Translations under genes and position numbers: made by a program
Part shown: in pieces, positions 11,683 to 23,921 of the stretch
Numbering within the stretch: the stretch's first letter is position 1
Layout of the letters: every line of letters begins with the position of its first letter
The notes under the pieces: generated by a model
Database searches by the model: none
Told to the model about the DNA's origin: nothing
Seen by the model: only the letters and a program-made list of their open reading frames with translations
Source: Macrostomum lignano
Taxonomy: Eukaryota
Assembly (NCBI GenBank): GCA_002269645.1
Contig: NIVC01004434.1
Span: 1-46,093, forward strand
Length of the DNA: 46,093 bases
Reading direction: 5' to 3'

Positions 11683-14600
11683 ATGGCTCCAAAAGCAAAG
11701 CACATGCTGACTACCTGGCTTAAAACCAGGCTTGATGAAGGCCGATTCCAAAGATTAGCCTGGGTAGACAAGAGTGCTGGCATTTTCACCATGTCCTGGA
11801 TGCACCACAATAGCAGCTCTTGGAATCCGGAGGAGTTCGAGGTAAGGTTTGGAATTTACTTACAACTTCTAATTTTACTATTTTTTGTCCATAAAGTTGC
11901 TATAGATTAATGTAAAACTATGGTCTTGATTCATTTGAAATTTCAGGTGTTTCTCGATTGGGAGAGATACAGCAATAGGAATAAGGCTACTGGCAACGCA
12001 GGCAACTGCTCAGACTGGACGGCCTGCAAGGCTCGACTTCGCTGCGCTATCAATAAGAGCCCGTGAGAATCTGCAATAACCATCCCATCCATTTAGGCTT
12101 ACTAGGAGTCACAGATAAGGGTAGGCACCATCCAGGGTCACAGATAAGAATAGACATCATCCAAAGTCAGGGATGAGAATAGATATCATCCAGAGTCACA
12201 GATAAGAATAGACATAATCTAGAGTCAGGGATGAGAATAGACATCATCCAGAGTCAGAGCTGAGAATAGACAGCATCCAGATTCAGAGCTGAGAATAGAC
12301 ATCATCTAGAGTGAGGGATGAGAATAGACATCATCCAGAGTCAGAGCTGAGAATAGACATCATCCAGAGTCAGAGCTGAGAATAGACATCATCTAGAGTG
12401 AGGGATGAGAATAGACATCATCTAGAGTCAGGGCTGAGAATAGACATCATCCAGAGTCAGAGCTGAGAATAGACATCATCTAGAGTGAGGGATGAGAATA
12501 GACATCATCCAGAGTCAGAGCTGAGAATAGACATCATCCAGAGTCAGAGCTGAGAATAGACATCATCTAGAGTGAGGGATGAGAATAGACATCATCTAGA
12601 GTTAGGGATGAGAATAGACATCATCCAGAGTCAGAGCTGAGAATAGACATCATCTAGAGTGAGGGATGAGAATAGACATCATCCAGAGTCAGAGTTGAGA
12701 ATAGACATCATCTAGAGTGAGGGATGAGAATAGACATCATCCAGAGTCAGAGCTGAGAATAGACATCATCTAGAGTGAGGGATGAGAATAGACATCATCT
12801 AGAGTGAGGGATGAGAATAGACATCATCCAGAGTCAGAGCTGAGAATAGACATCATCTAGAGTTAGGGATGAGAATAGACATCATCCAGAGTCAGAGTTG
12901 AGAATAGACATCATCTAGAGTGAGGGATGAGAATAGACATCATCCAGAGTCAGAGCTGAGAATAGACATCATTCAGATTCAGAGCTTAGAATAGACAGAA
13001 TCTAGAGTCAGAACTGAGAATAGACATCATCCAGATTCAGAGCTGAGAATAGACATCATCCAGAGTCAGAGCTGAGAATAGACATCATCTAGAGTCAGAG
13101 CTGAGAATAGACATCATCTAGAGTCAGAGCTGAGAATAGACATCATCCAGAATATCCTCTCCTCACTGCAGCCTCATCAAAGTCGTCGACCGAAAGCCGA
13201 GAAACGGGCAGCGCAGATTTCAACTGGTAAACTTAACGCCTAGCGACGAGGAATACTCGAAGCTACAGCGCGACAAACTACTTCAACGCCAGGAACGTCA
13301 ACGGCAGGTTGAGCTGCACCGTCAACAGAATCTGATGGCCCAACTGCGACACCGTCGGCTACTTCAGCTCGGCGAAGAGCTGGCCAGAGCAATCGGCGGA
13401 TTTCCCGACGCTTGTCCAACGCTGAGCACCGATGAGAGTGCTTGGCTGTTGGATCCGGCCAGTCCCAGCGGTGGGGCATTCCTGCTGGTGTTTCACCACA
13501 TGAAACACCGGCTGTTCCATCAGCTCATCACGAATCCTGCTGGGGCCTGCATTCAATGCGGCCAGCTGCTAGGGGAAGAGCAGGGATTTGTGGTTGGGTG
13601 AGTTCACTGTTCCGTGTCAAATTATAGACCCGGGGCACGGGTACATTCCTGACGATCAAGAAAGTCAGGGGGCGCTGTACACCCTGAGTGAGCGTGTGTA
13701 TGAGTGCATGAAATGCGATTTTCAAAGTTTTCAAACATCGTCACATTACATGCACATATGCTCCGATTAACTTCTCAAGTGTGGGAGTAGTAGACACGTT
13801 GAGCAGCGGGGTAGACACTCAAATTCACTTGACCCTGCAAAAATCAATATCAGGACCTATCGCTGGATATTCCCATGCATTGTTCGATTAAGAGAATAAT
13901 ACATGCATTACTGAGCTCCTACATACGGGTCTACATCTAACTTGAAAAGTAAAAAAATATTTGCAAGCGGTGATACTTTGCGCTTCGATCCTCAGGTGTG
14001 CCGAGCCGGAGCAGACAGGGGACACCCAGACGGAGCCGGGAGCAGTGCAGCAACCAGAGTTGGTGTCGGTCGATGTCCCAGACGCCGTGGCCAAGCACAA
14101 GTGGCTCATCTCTGACGTGCTCGTCTTTCTCAGCGGGGGTCTGCAGCTTCGAGTTTATCAATCTAACGGCGATTTTATCATTGAAGCTAATCGAAAGTGA
14201 GTTACAGCGGCAAAGCTTTTGATTATTGCTACTAACAGTAGAATAAATGCGTTTTTCAGTCATTTTAACATGCTAGAAAGTTACAAGAGCCTGACAAGAG
14301 ATTTACGTCCACTTTTAAACTGTAGATCTTTTTAAATATCATTGAAGGTCAAACCCACAGTCATTTCTCTCGCAGACACACTCATACATGAGTACAGAGG
14401 CTCAGCCTTTCTAATCGTCAGATCATGGTGTACATCACTCTGCAGATACGGCTCTTGCTCAAGGACTGACTACTCAAGTAGAAGGACGTGAAGCTTCGTT
14501 TCTTGGAAAATTTTAGGAGGCAGGTTTTTTCCGAAAAACTACAAACTACGGAAATTGGAAGTTTGCATGTTTTCAATACAAAATTTGTTATTGCTTTTGA

Positions 14601-17255
14601 TAGGAGGCAGACCCAAAGTTCATCTTATGTAGCTCTTATTAGGATTCTATATTGATTTTTTGTTTGTGACTGAGTGACTGTGACTGTGATTGAGTTTGTG
14701 ACAGATTTTGGGGTCAGGTTAATGGCTTGTAGGTCAGACTCTGGCGTGGCGGTCCGGCCTTGGCCCCGTCGGAGACGCTCGGTTGGCTGATGCAGCAGGG
14801 TGAGCGCCAGCGGGTTTTGCTCCCCTCTGCCGTAGCTGCGGAGGCAGTGGCCGACGAGCATTAGCCGGCGCCGCTGGAGGGTGGCACTGAGCTGAGGCAT
14901 GCGGGCTCTCGCCATCAGCAGGTCCGTCGGCAGCCGATCTGGGTAATGGATGCCAAGGGCGAACCGCAGCATGCAGCGATCGGTAGGCAGCGTCCAGGGC
15001 TCGAGACCTCGAGTCGGTCATTGGCACTGCCTCCAGTCCGTGCAGGAAGATTGGCTCTACGGCAGCGCGGAACAGGCGCACCTTCAGGTCGTCGATGGCA
15101 GCTGAGGATGAGCCGCGCGCCAGGCCTGTGACCTCCGGTCAGCGATGATGGAGTCAGGGCTCATCACGAGGGAGTCCAGGTACCGGAAGTCTCTGCAGAC
15201 TGAAATGACTTGCCCATCTGGTAGGGTCAGGATTGGTGCTGCATCGGTGCCCACGTGCTACACCTCCGTCTGGCATGCGTTGATTTGCAGTCCGACTCGG
15301 GCGCTCTCCTCATAGCTATAATTTTCGTTGGGCATGGTACGCGTATTGCTACACAGCTGTCAGCTATAAGAATGACAAAAATAGATTCATAAGACCAATT
15401 AGCTGAGCCGTGCCGAATTTTAATGGTTTTTAGGCGCAGGACACGTGCAATTGTACGTGTTGTACTCGCGGGCTGCGATCTCGTCTAGCCCAGTCGTTTT
15501 GTTTCCCCGGGGTAGCGGGTTCGGTGCGGGACTGCCCCGGGCGCGCGGCGGAGGGATGGACAGAGGACGAACGACTGGCGCTCCTCGAGGCGGATGGCCA
15601 CTCCGAGGGGAAGAGGAAGAGATGCGACCCGGGGCGCACAGGCACTCCTTGGTCACGGAAGGCTCGGGGTACTTCCGCGGTCAGCGGAGCGGATAGCCAC
15701 TCAGAGCCGGCCGGGGAGTCACCGAGGTGAATGTGAAACGAGGTGAATGTGAAGGATTGGCCGGGGCGTAAAGACACTCCGGACCAATCAAGAGATACGA
15801 GGTGATGGATTAGCTGGGGCGTACAGACACTCCAAGCCAATCGAAGAGTGCAGGTGAGCAAGGGGGTGAGAGTAGGTGAAGCGATGAGGCGGCGAGGATG
15901 GAGGGAAGACACGTGCAGAGAGCCCCAAAAAACGCGAACGCAACCCGAATAAACGTAATTTAAGCTCACCGGGCGGGGTCAAACCGACTCATGCGAGACG
16001 GCGGGTGGCACGGATTATCTGGTGGTGCGCTGTCCGAAAGTTCATTGGGCTAGTGCAGTTTTGTACTTTTATGATAGTTTTCTTACTCAGTTGCTGGTGT
16101 AGCTCTAACCGCAAAAACCAAGCAGCGTGCCACCGGCCGGCTCCAAGCGAGCTAATAAATAGTATGCCAAAAAATGGGGGAGTGGGCCAAACCGGCCTGA
16201 GCGCAAATACTCACACAACAGAACCCCGCGAGCACCCCACCCTAGCCCAGCCAATCAAAACATGCGCTGGGTAAGGCTTTACGAACGGGGGGGGTAGAAA
16301 AGCGAGGGTCTGCCGGCCCAGCCAGCCAATCAGAGCACACGCCGGCTGCCTAAAACCAAAGCCGGCTGAACCAACTCAAACCAGCTAGGCCGGCAGACCG
16401 GGCGGTTCGCATGCACCAAAAAAAACATGTTGATGAGAAGGTCATTGTGGCGCAGGCCACAACATACGTAGAATAAAAAATCAATCTAAATATACTAATC
16501 TTATAGAATTCTAATTTTCTGAAGCTATAAGAAAGGCGAGACATATCAAAAGCTTTCTATCTCCGTAGTGTATTTTTTTCGGGAAAACCTATAGCTGTCT
16601 CCTAAAATTTTCTAAGAAACGAGGTTTTCCCCGTCCTTCTAGTTGAGTATAGTCCTTGCTCTTGCTATGCGGGCCAATCCTCAAGGCCCTATGTGTGTAC
16701 ATGTACATACCTGACAACAAGAAAGTCAGGGCCACTGTCTGTACACCTTGTGTGAGTTCGTGCCTGCGTACGTATCTGTTACAGAGGCATGAGACATGCT
16801 TGCCTCCTCCTCTCTGGCTGCGGATCTGAAATTCAACAAACTATCCATGCAAACGCATCGGTAAGAGCTGAAAAATACTACTGCTATCAAAAACCCCCGC
16901 TCTCCAAAGGTGCCACACCAGAGTGTTCGCCTACGAGTGCGTCGGCGGCGAGTACAGCGCCAAGCCTCAGGAGCTGTCGCGGCTGCAGCAGCAGCAGATA
17001 TTCAGCGCCAATGCCTTCTTGACGGAGACGGCTTTCAATAAGCAACAGCAGCAAAGCCAACGGCGTCATCGAGCCGCAGCTCGACTCTCGGCCGCTTCCG
17101 CATCGTCAGCAGCCTCCAATGTCGACTCCGTGCGACCTCACGTGCTGCTGACTTTCGGACAGAAGCTCGGCTCATCGCCAACAAGGCTGGTGCTGTGGGC
17201 TGAGCTGCTGCACATCAGGACCTGGGCTCAGCTGCAAACGGCTCTGAGCGACTGA
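11683..17255 (+). CDS. IRF: Interferon regulatory factor (IRF DBD + IAD/SMAD-like domain), IRF4-supergroup-like, 415 aa
   Basis: Exons 11683-11841, 11947-12062, 13172-13597, 13996-14196, 16910-17255, all GT-AG, phases 0/2/2/2, total 1248 nt. DBD: TWLKTRLD..LAWVD..FTMSWMHH..FLDWE..KARLRCAINKS. IAD motifs: LLVFHHMKHRLF, GGLQLRV, NRKCHTRVF, LLTFGQ. Confidence 0.92.
12105..13150. repeat. 29-bp minisatellite in IRF intron 2, about 36 units, two interleaved variants
   Basis: Variant A GAGAATAGACATCATCCAGAGTCAGAGCT; variant B GAGAATAGACATCATCTAGAGTGAGGGAT. Confidence 0.95.
14375..16780. mobile_element. Composite element bounded by about 290-bp diverged inverted repeats in IRF intron 4
   Basis: The reverse complement of 14375-14660 aligns with 16475-16780 (e.g. 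CTCCTAAAATTTTCYAAGAAACGA, CGTCCTTCTA, AGTCCTTG, TATCAAAAGC). TSD not identified. Confidence 0.55.
14662..15312 (-). mobile_element. 5'-truncated, decayed RTE-like non-LTR retrotransposon (RT C-terminus)
   Basis: Minus-strand translation: ARVGLQINACQTEV*...FRYLDS...KVRLFRAAVEPIFLHGLEA...LRFALGI...LQRRRLMLVGHCLR. In-frame TAG at 15258-15260, frameshifts, and a short tandem (CACAGT-like) tail at 14662-14700. Confidence 0.85.
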
Positions 17256-18686
17256 TCAATCATATAGAAAAAACGTAGAAGCTCGTTACGGGCGTATAAT
17301 TAACTATTTGAGAGAGCAAGCAGACTGTTTATTTATGCGCAGATGTCATTTTGGTTCAAGCGTGTGAGTATAGGTTGGCTGGGCCACAAGATAGGCCACT
17401 CATTATAAACTACTTAACTGGCCATAGAAGCCAATGTGAAAAATTCTGCAACTCGCGGGCAGCGCAACAATCAACTACTGAACTCAATTTCGTCAGTAGT
17501 CTCTGCAGTGCATGCATCATTCTTAGTTTCATTGAGTAGCTTTCTATTTAGTTCATAAGTAGTTCATCAAATTCTCAAAAGATAGCGTCTATGTCCCTAA
17601 GCTACTGAACTCAAATTTATTAGCAACGCGTGTCGGCTTTTTTTCCTATTGCCACTTTCCCTATTGCTGCAATACAAAGTGGTCTATCTATGGTAGATCT
17701 ATGGTCTACCGAGTTAAATTAAAAGAAAACTTTTAGAGATGTTTCCATGGATTTTTCCATGGAGGAAAGAATAAAATTTGTCTATGGCCAAACCAAGGAC
17801 CACTATAGCAGTATGCTGATATTGTCGTTCAAACTAACTGCTTGATATATTCCGTTGTAATTTTTTCATTTTTTTCATTTTCTAACTCATACATTGGTTC
17901 TTTATTAATGTAAGCTGTGATTGAGATCTCTTAGCCAAAAATGCATTAGCCATGATCCTGGAGTACATGTGTATGCTTATCAGCCTTCCATGACAAATAT
18001 TACTCAAATTTTTTATTCAGTATCTATATATAACTTCTCGCTCAACTTGCGCACACTATTAGTAAACAGTTTTTATTCATAAAATTTACTAACACAATCA
18101 TCCTTACTCTTCAATTTCATTCCGAAAAACAACAACACCCATCAATCCGATTTGCACTTTTGCTTTACAGTGACAGGCTGACAGCTTTGTAAATTGTATT
18201 AGAATAGAAACCCATCATGCGATCATTCTAATGTATTAATGAAAAGTCTAAAAAAGATGCAGCGTGACATTTTCCTTCCATTCTACTTTCATTAGTATGT
18301 ATGTCGTATGGTAACGTTTATGGTGCTCAGAAATTTTAATGTCTCTGTGAAAACTTTTTTGTTTAAGAGAGGTTGAAATGTTTGTCTACGATAATTATTG
18401 TCTTTAAATAAAAGTACACATTTTTTTGTTTACTATACATACTATCTTCCGAGTGTCTTTTTAACCGACCATCGAAAGATTGAAATGAATTTGCTTGCAG
18501 CCGCGCTTCGATTTGACTTTGCAATCACTTAATGAGTCATTTAATGTTCATCGTACTACTTCGAAGCATAAGAACTTTCGTAAGTATACCTACACATGTT
18601 CAGGTGTAAATGTCTCGAAGAAAGATCTAACTACTTTTTTATTTTTTGAACGGTTACAGTTCACAGAGATCTTCATTAGATGTTAA

Positions 18687-18895
18687 CAGTGGCGCAACCG
18701 GGGGGGGGGTGGTGGAGGCGGGGCACGGGGGCGCGCGTCACGCGCGCTCCCCCTTTAGGCGGAGACCAGAAAAAATCAAAGGAGGGCCAGCGAATTTTCG
18801 CCAAAATACAGAGCCGCGCACCCCAGCTCTGCCCCCTTCGGTCTTTACCCTCCAGAATTCGTCCCCTCAACAAATTTCTGATTGCGCTACTACTG
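18687..18895. mobile_element. hAT-like MITE, about 210 bp
   Basis: CAGTGGCGCAA at 18687 and ATTGCGCTACTACTG ending 18895 (imperfect TIR); GC-rich island in AT-rich DNA; no clear TSD. Confidence 0.5.
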
Positions 18896-20309
18896 TCAAG
18901 AGTGTGAGTAAATTTTAGTGCACATGCACAGTATTTTGGATTTTATTATTGACAAATAATAATTATTATGGCCATCGTCAGTTGTCGAATATTGAAATGT
19001 AGCCATTTCCACAGTTTCTAAGCATTTTTAATATTATATAGCTAGCACACATATACTCGTACTGTAGTATTCATAATTTTTATATCACCATAATAACACT
19101 GCATGATTTATTAAATTAGAAAATTTAATAATAGTAATTAATTCTAATAGTATTAGAATTAATTTATTCTAATTAATTAATATTTAATTAGAAAATTAGA
19201 AAATTCAGGATTATTGTGTGATTAATTGTACTGTGTGTACATATATACATTTACCATGGGTGGTAGATTTAGAAGGCGCACAAGGCGCGCCCCCCGTTAG
19301 AATTTATTTATTTTTTATATGGAAAAGAACATTATCGTGTTACATATAATATTACATACATATACATGTATACACTTCTGCATGGATCCGCACCTGATAT
19401 ATTTACATGTAGTCCCGGTTTAGTTTTCAAAGCGTGGAAAATTATGGTAAATGGCATAAAGTGATGAAGGACGCATTTTTTTAATCGCACTTGAGTTTTC
19501 ATATTTACATCCTCTTCTTCTTTACAGGTTACAGCTGTGACTATAGTAACATGTAGTTACGAGTTATTTGTATGCATGTTATTCTTTATTCAATCACAGA
19601 TCTATTTTTACTACTTTCTTGCCAATTCGTTACATCTAGAGGTGGTCAACGTATCTAAATCAGTTTGGATCTACAATACTTAAACAATCAACCTGACCTG
19701 TAACTTTAGTTTAGTCAAACGGTACGTAAAACGCATCAAGCCGTTTTTTTACTGAATGGATAAAATAGGCTCTAAAAACGCTTCTTTTTTTAAAAGTATT
19801 ATGCTGTAATATATAATTTTAAAACAGCAGTGTTATTACGTAAACCTAATCATTCTTTATTATAATAAACAGCTTTTGTTAAAACCTAATGCAGGTTTTG
19901 TTTTACGCAGTGAATTTTTTAAAGCGTAAGAAATATTCAATTTGCAAAAATAAAGCCCGTTAAATTCTGAGAACTTCACACAGCCACCTCGTACTTTTCG
20001 AATGTTTAACGAGACCAGAAACAAGTAGGGGAGTGAAGCGTATCGTAATTGTAGTTAGAGAGCAAATTTTATTCTACGCATGGTAAGTGTTTTGCTACAA
20101 ACGTTTCTGTCATCAAATGTAGAATCAAGCAGATTCACTGTTCTGTTTGTTTTTGTTTAGTGTTATGTAATATGTTTATTAGTGCCTGGAAGTGTTAATT
20201 AGGCCTATTTCAAATGGTCTAGACCTATTTGAGTAGTTATATCCCATAGTCTGAAAGGGGGCACAGCGTGTGGCGAAAAAATTTGGTGGACAATGTGCTG
20301 GAAAATCTG

Positions 20310-21790
20310 TGCTAGGGTTCTGACAATGGTAATGGCTAGGGTTCCGGCACCAGAACCAGTTTACTAGGCCCCTAATGGCTATTGATCCAGCAGTCTTCTG
20401 CAGGCAGTATTCTACTAATGAAGTCTTGAACATTAGAAGTATCTTCATTTGAATCTCATTGTTTCGTTTTGATCTTATCTTGAACAAAATCCCAATATCA
20501 ACCACCTGTTAAAAAGTAAAACGTTTCTGCTATAATATACCCATAAATTGCACTACTCACTACTGGAATACATACCACTGCCAGATCGATAGCCATTAGA
20601 AAATGGGTTCTGGTGCCAGAACTCTAGCCATTGCCCATTGCCTCTGACAATATCAAATTTTTGAGATTTTTGAGATCTATACTTTTAAGATAATTGAGAT
20701 CCAAGATTAGACCTAGCCTAAGCCTAAGCCCTAATTTGTGTCTAGTAGGCCCTATGCCTATTTACACTATTCTATCATTCAAGCCAATGGCTAGAGTTCC
20801 AGCACCAGAACCCATTTTCTAAGTGCTATAGATCTGGCAGCCATAGTCAGGAAGGTGGCAAGTGCACGTGGGAATCAATTTATGGAAAAATCCTTGGTGC
20901 ATGCCAATGTATGCCAATTTTTTAAAACCCTTAACATGACATTTCTGTTGCATGCCAAAAATCTTGAATACCAAAAATCATGTACGCCTCATGTATGTGT
21001 GATTTGAATATTAACTGTATTAGATACTATTTTTAAATAAATTTTCTACTTACGTTAAACAAAGTTTATATTAAAAAGGAAATTCGCTACAAAGAACATA
21101 GTGAGTATCAAAAACTTTTTCTTCACATTTCAAGAAACAAATAAACTAAAAGTCTACAAGAGTCACAAAATAAGAGCGTTTAAAAGTTATTGGATATTTT
21201 AATTTTAATGTAGGCTGTAGAGTGTAGGCCTGGCTGTAGGCTAGGCTGTAGCCTCAACTAGTTGGTTTAATCAATATTCAAATTCAATTGTTCACGCTTA
21301 ACTTTATATATTGTATATATATAGTGTATACATCTATATCTGACTTGTTGATATACTGTCAGTTTGTAATTGCACGCCAAGGTTACACGCCAAGTAAAAA
21401 ACTTGTACGCTGAAAATTTAGGCGTGGCTTGAGACCCCTATTTGCACGCCAAATTTGCATGCCAAAATTTTAGCGTGGCTTGTGCATGCGGGAAAATTCC
21501 TGCGTGCAGGCCACCTTTCTAAGTATGGTCTGGCAGTGGTATTCCAGTAGTGCAATTTATGGGTAATAGGCCCTAGAGTAGAAACATTTCATTTTTTAAT
21601 GGGTAGTTGATATTGAGATTTTGTTAAGATAAGATCAAAATGAAATGATAAGATGAGATTCAAAACAAGATACTTCTAATGTTCAAAGACTTCATTAATA
21701 TCAATAGTTAACTGCTTGCTAAAGACTGCTGGATCTATAGGCCTAGCTTTTAGAAACAGGTTCCAGTGCTAGAACTTTAGCCATTGCTAT
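20310..21790. mobile_element. Nested inverted-repeat (MITE/foldback) cluster
   Basis: 20384-20586 is inverted at 21529-21735. 20578-20633 is inverted at 20785-20840 (51/56 identical). An inner unit 20855-21515 has AAGGTGGC...GCCACCTT ends. Confidence 0.7.
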
Positions 21791-23094
21791 CAATCAATGG
21801 TAATATTGTTACTTGTTAAATGTAGGCCTATACAAATATTATAATAGAAAGAAAATAATTTGGGCCTATTTAATATTGAGCTTGCTAGGTCTAATATCTT
21901 AGTCTATCCTATAGAACCAGACTTGGGAAGGTTATATGTTATAAATGACCCTTTTTGAAATTGGCATACAAATTTTGGCATACAAATTGATGCTATATAT
22001 GAAAATTGTAATATAAATCAATATTTTCACATAAAAAAAAATTGTATAGTCTAGAAAGTCAATAATAAACTTTTTGCTTCTTTAAAATTAATAATAAATA
22101 AAATTAGTATAAATTATTATTAAAAACATAAATTTAGCATTATTATTTCTATAAGTTTAATTTAAGTTTGTTTAAAATGAAAACATTTGTAATATTTTAA
22201 AAAGACTTTTTGTATGAAAGCCTTTCTTAGGAAACTCTACTTGTGAAAACCAAATGACCTTTTTTAAGCAGAATTTTTGGCAAACAGGATTTTTTTGCTT
22301 TTGGCATATATTGATATACATTTTGCTGAGATAGGATTCTTGTTCCAATATACACTACTACATGATCTGGACCCTGGCTATAGAATCGTTCAATAAATAT
22401 TTTTCTACTTGAATTTGATTCCTTTCTTTTTTAGATAGAGTCCAAAAATATAAAACCAAAGAACTGATTCAAATAGTATGTTTTGCATACACAAAGCATA
22501 AAAATATTTCTATAGACTATAGTTGAAAGGCTAAGATGCAAGAGACCTTAAAGAAAGATGCATTTGAGATTGAAAATTAGCTGCCAAGCTATCACTATTG
22601 GGATTCAAGCCAAGCCATTACTAGAGAAGCCCTGCCATTATTCACTTTTTATTTTAGATTTCTACTCTCTAGCCTGTTAGTAAAATATCTGTTACTAAAA
22701 TGGTCACTAACCAAATATTCCATGTTTTACTACTATGCAGCTTGTCACATTTTTTATGAAAAATTAAATAAAAATATGCCCTAAGCACATTAAGGATCCC
22801 ATATATATATATTAGTACTATATACCAAACAGTGCAAAGATATTTTTATATAATGGAAATTAAATTATAGAATGGACCTAATATTTAATAAAATTTTATA
22901 ATACAAAGAGGTATTATATAAAAATGATGATCTCAAATAAAAAAGGCTATAATATACTTGCTTTATATAAGATAAAGTTAAGAAATCAAGAAAATTCTCT
23001 CTATGTATATATATTTATGTCATAAAGCAGTGTTGTAGTAACAAAGGAAATTTAAAATTAAAAAATTATTGCAAGTGATATAACATGCTTGGGC

Positions 23095-23246
23095 GCAACC
23101 TAGGGATTCACCTGGCTGTTTCTATTGGCAACACACACATGTAAGTTGCTATTGGATGGAATAGTAGTCACGTGACTGCTCTGAGCCAATCGCGACTTAC
23201 ATGTGTGTGTTGCCAATAGAAACAGCCGAGTGATTCCCAAGGTTGC
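23095..23246. mobile_element. 152-bp palindromic MITE-like hairpin
   Basis: 61-bp arms, 55/61 complementary with a 33-bp perfect run; 30-nt loop containing the palindrome AGTCACGTGACT. Confidence 0.75.
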
Positions 23247-23921
23247 ACATGTATGAGATATAACAGTATCTAGAAAAGTCAGTAAAAAACAAATGTGCTA
23301 GTTCTAAATCTCCTAGACTAATTTAGATACAAAGTACAACATTTGCAAAGGTTCAATAGTGCAGTCTCATAAGTATACCATTAGCCTATCTACACTAAGT
23401 GCATGCAAAAGAATTTACTAGTCCAAAAGATCACCAAAAATTGTGTAGCAAGTATGCACCAATTGTTCCAAAAGTACATTAGAAATTTCTAGTGTATGGC
23501 ATAACCATGAGTATGGTTTGATTAAAAATTTATTAGCTGCAATATACACAAAAGCTATACAAGTAGAGGATTACTTAAGGATTATGCAAGGAAATATTAC
23601 ATTAAAGAGATATCAGCTTTTCATTTTTCAGCACAAAAATTGTTATTGCTTTTGATAGTAGAGAGACCCGGTGTTGATTTTTTAATGTGCCGCCTTTCCT
23701 ATAGCTCTATCAATATCCATTTATTCATAGTCTTATAAAATAAACATAAAATCTTAATTTTTTAAACAAATAGCTGTATGAATATCCATAGCACATGTAC
23801 TAAAACTGTCATAGATACAATTTTTTCATGTTGCTCTTGTTGCATTTAAGTGTTTAGTGCCAAGTTTTAACAATAATTATGAACCATAATTGACGATAGA
23901 TATTTAACTAAATGATTGCAG

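Noticed and set aside
12105-13150. CRISPR-like array (also the 40-, 41-, 31- and 57-bp arrays)
   Set aside because: Units are contiguous with no unique spacers, no cas genes, and the context is eukaryotic introns.
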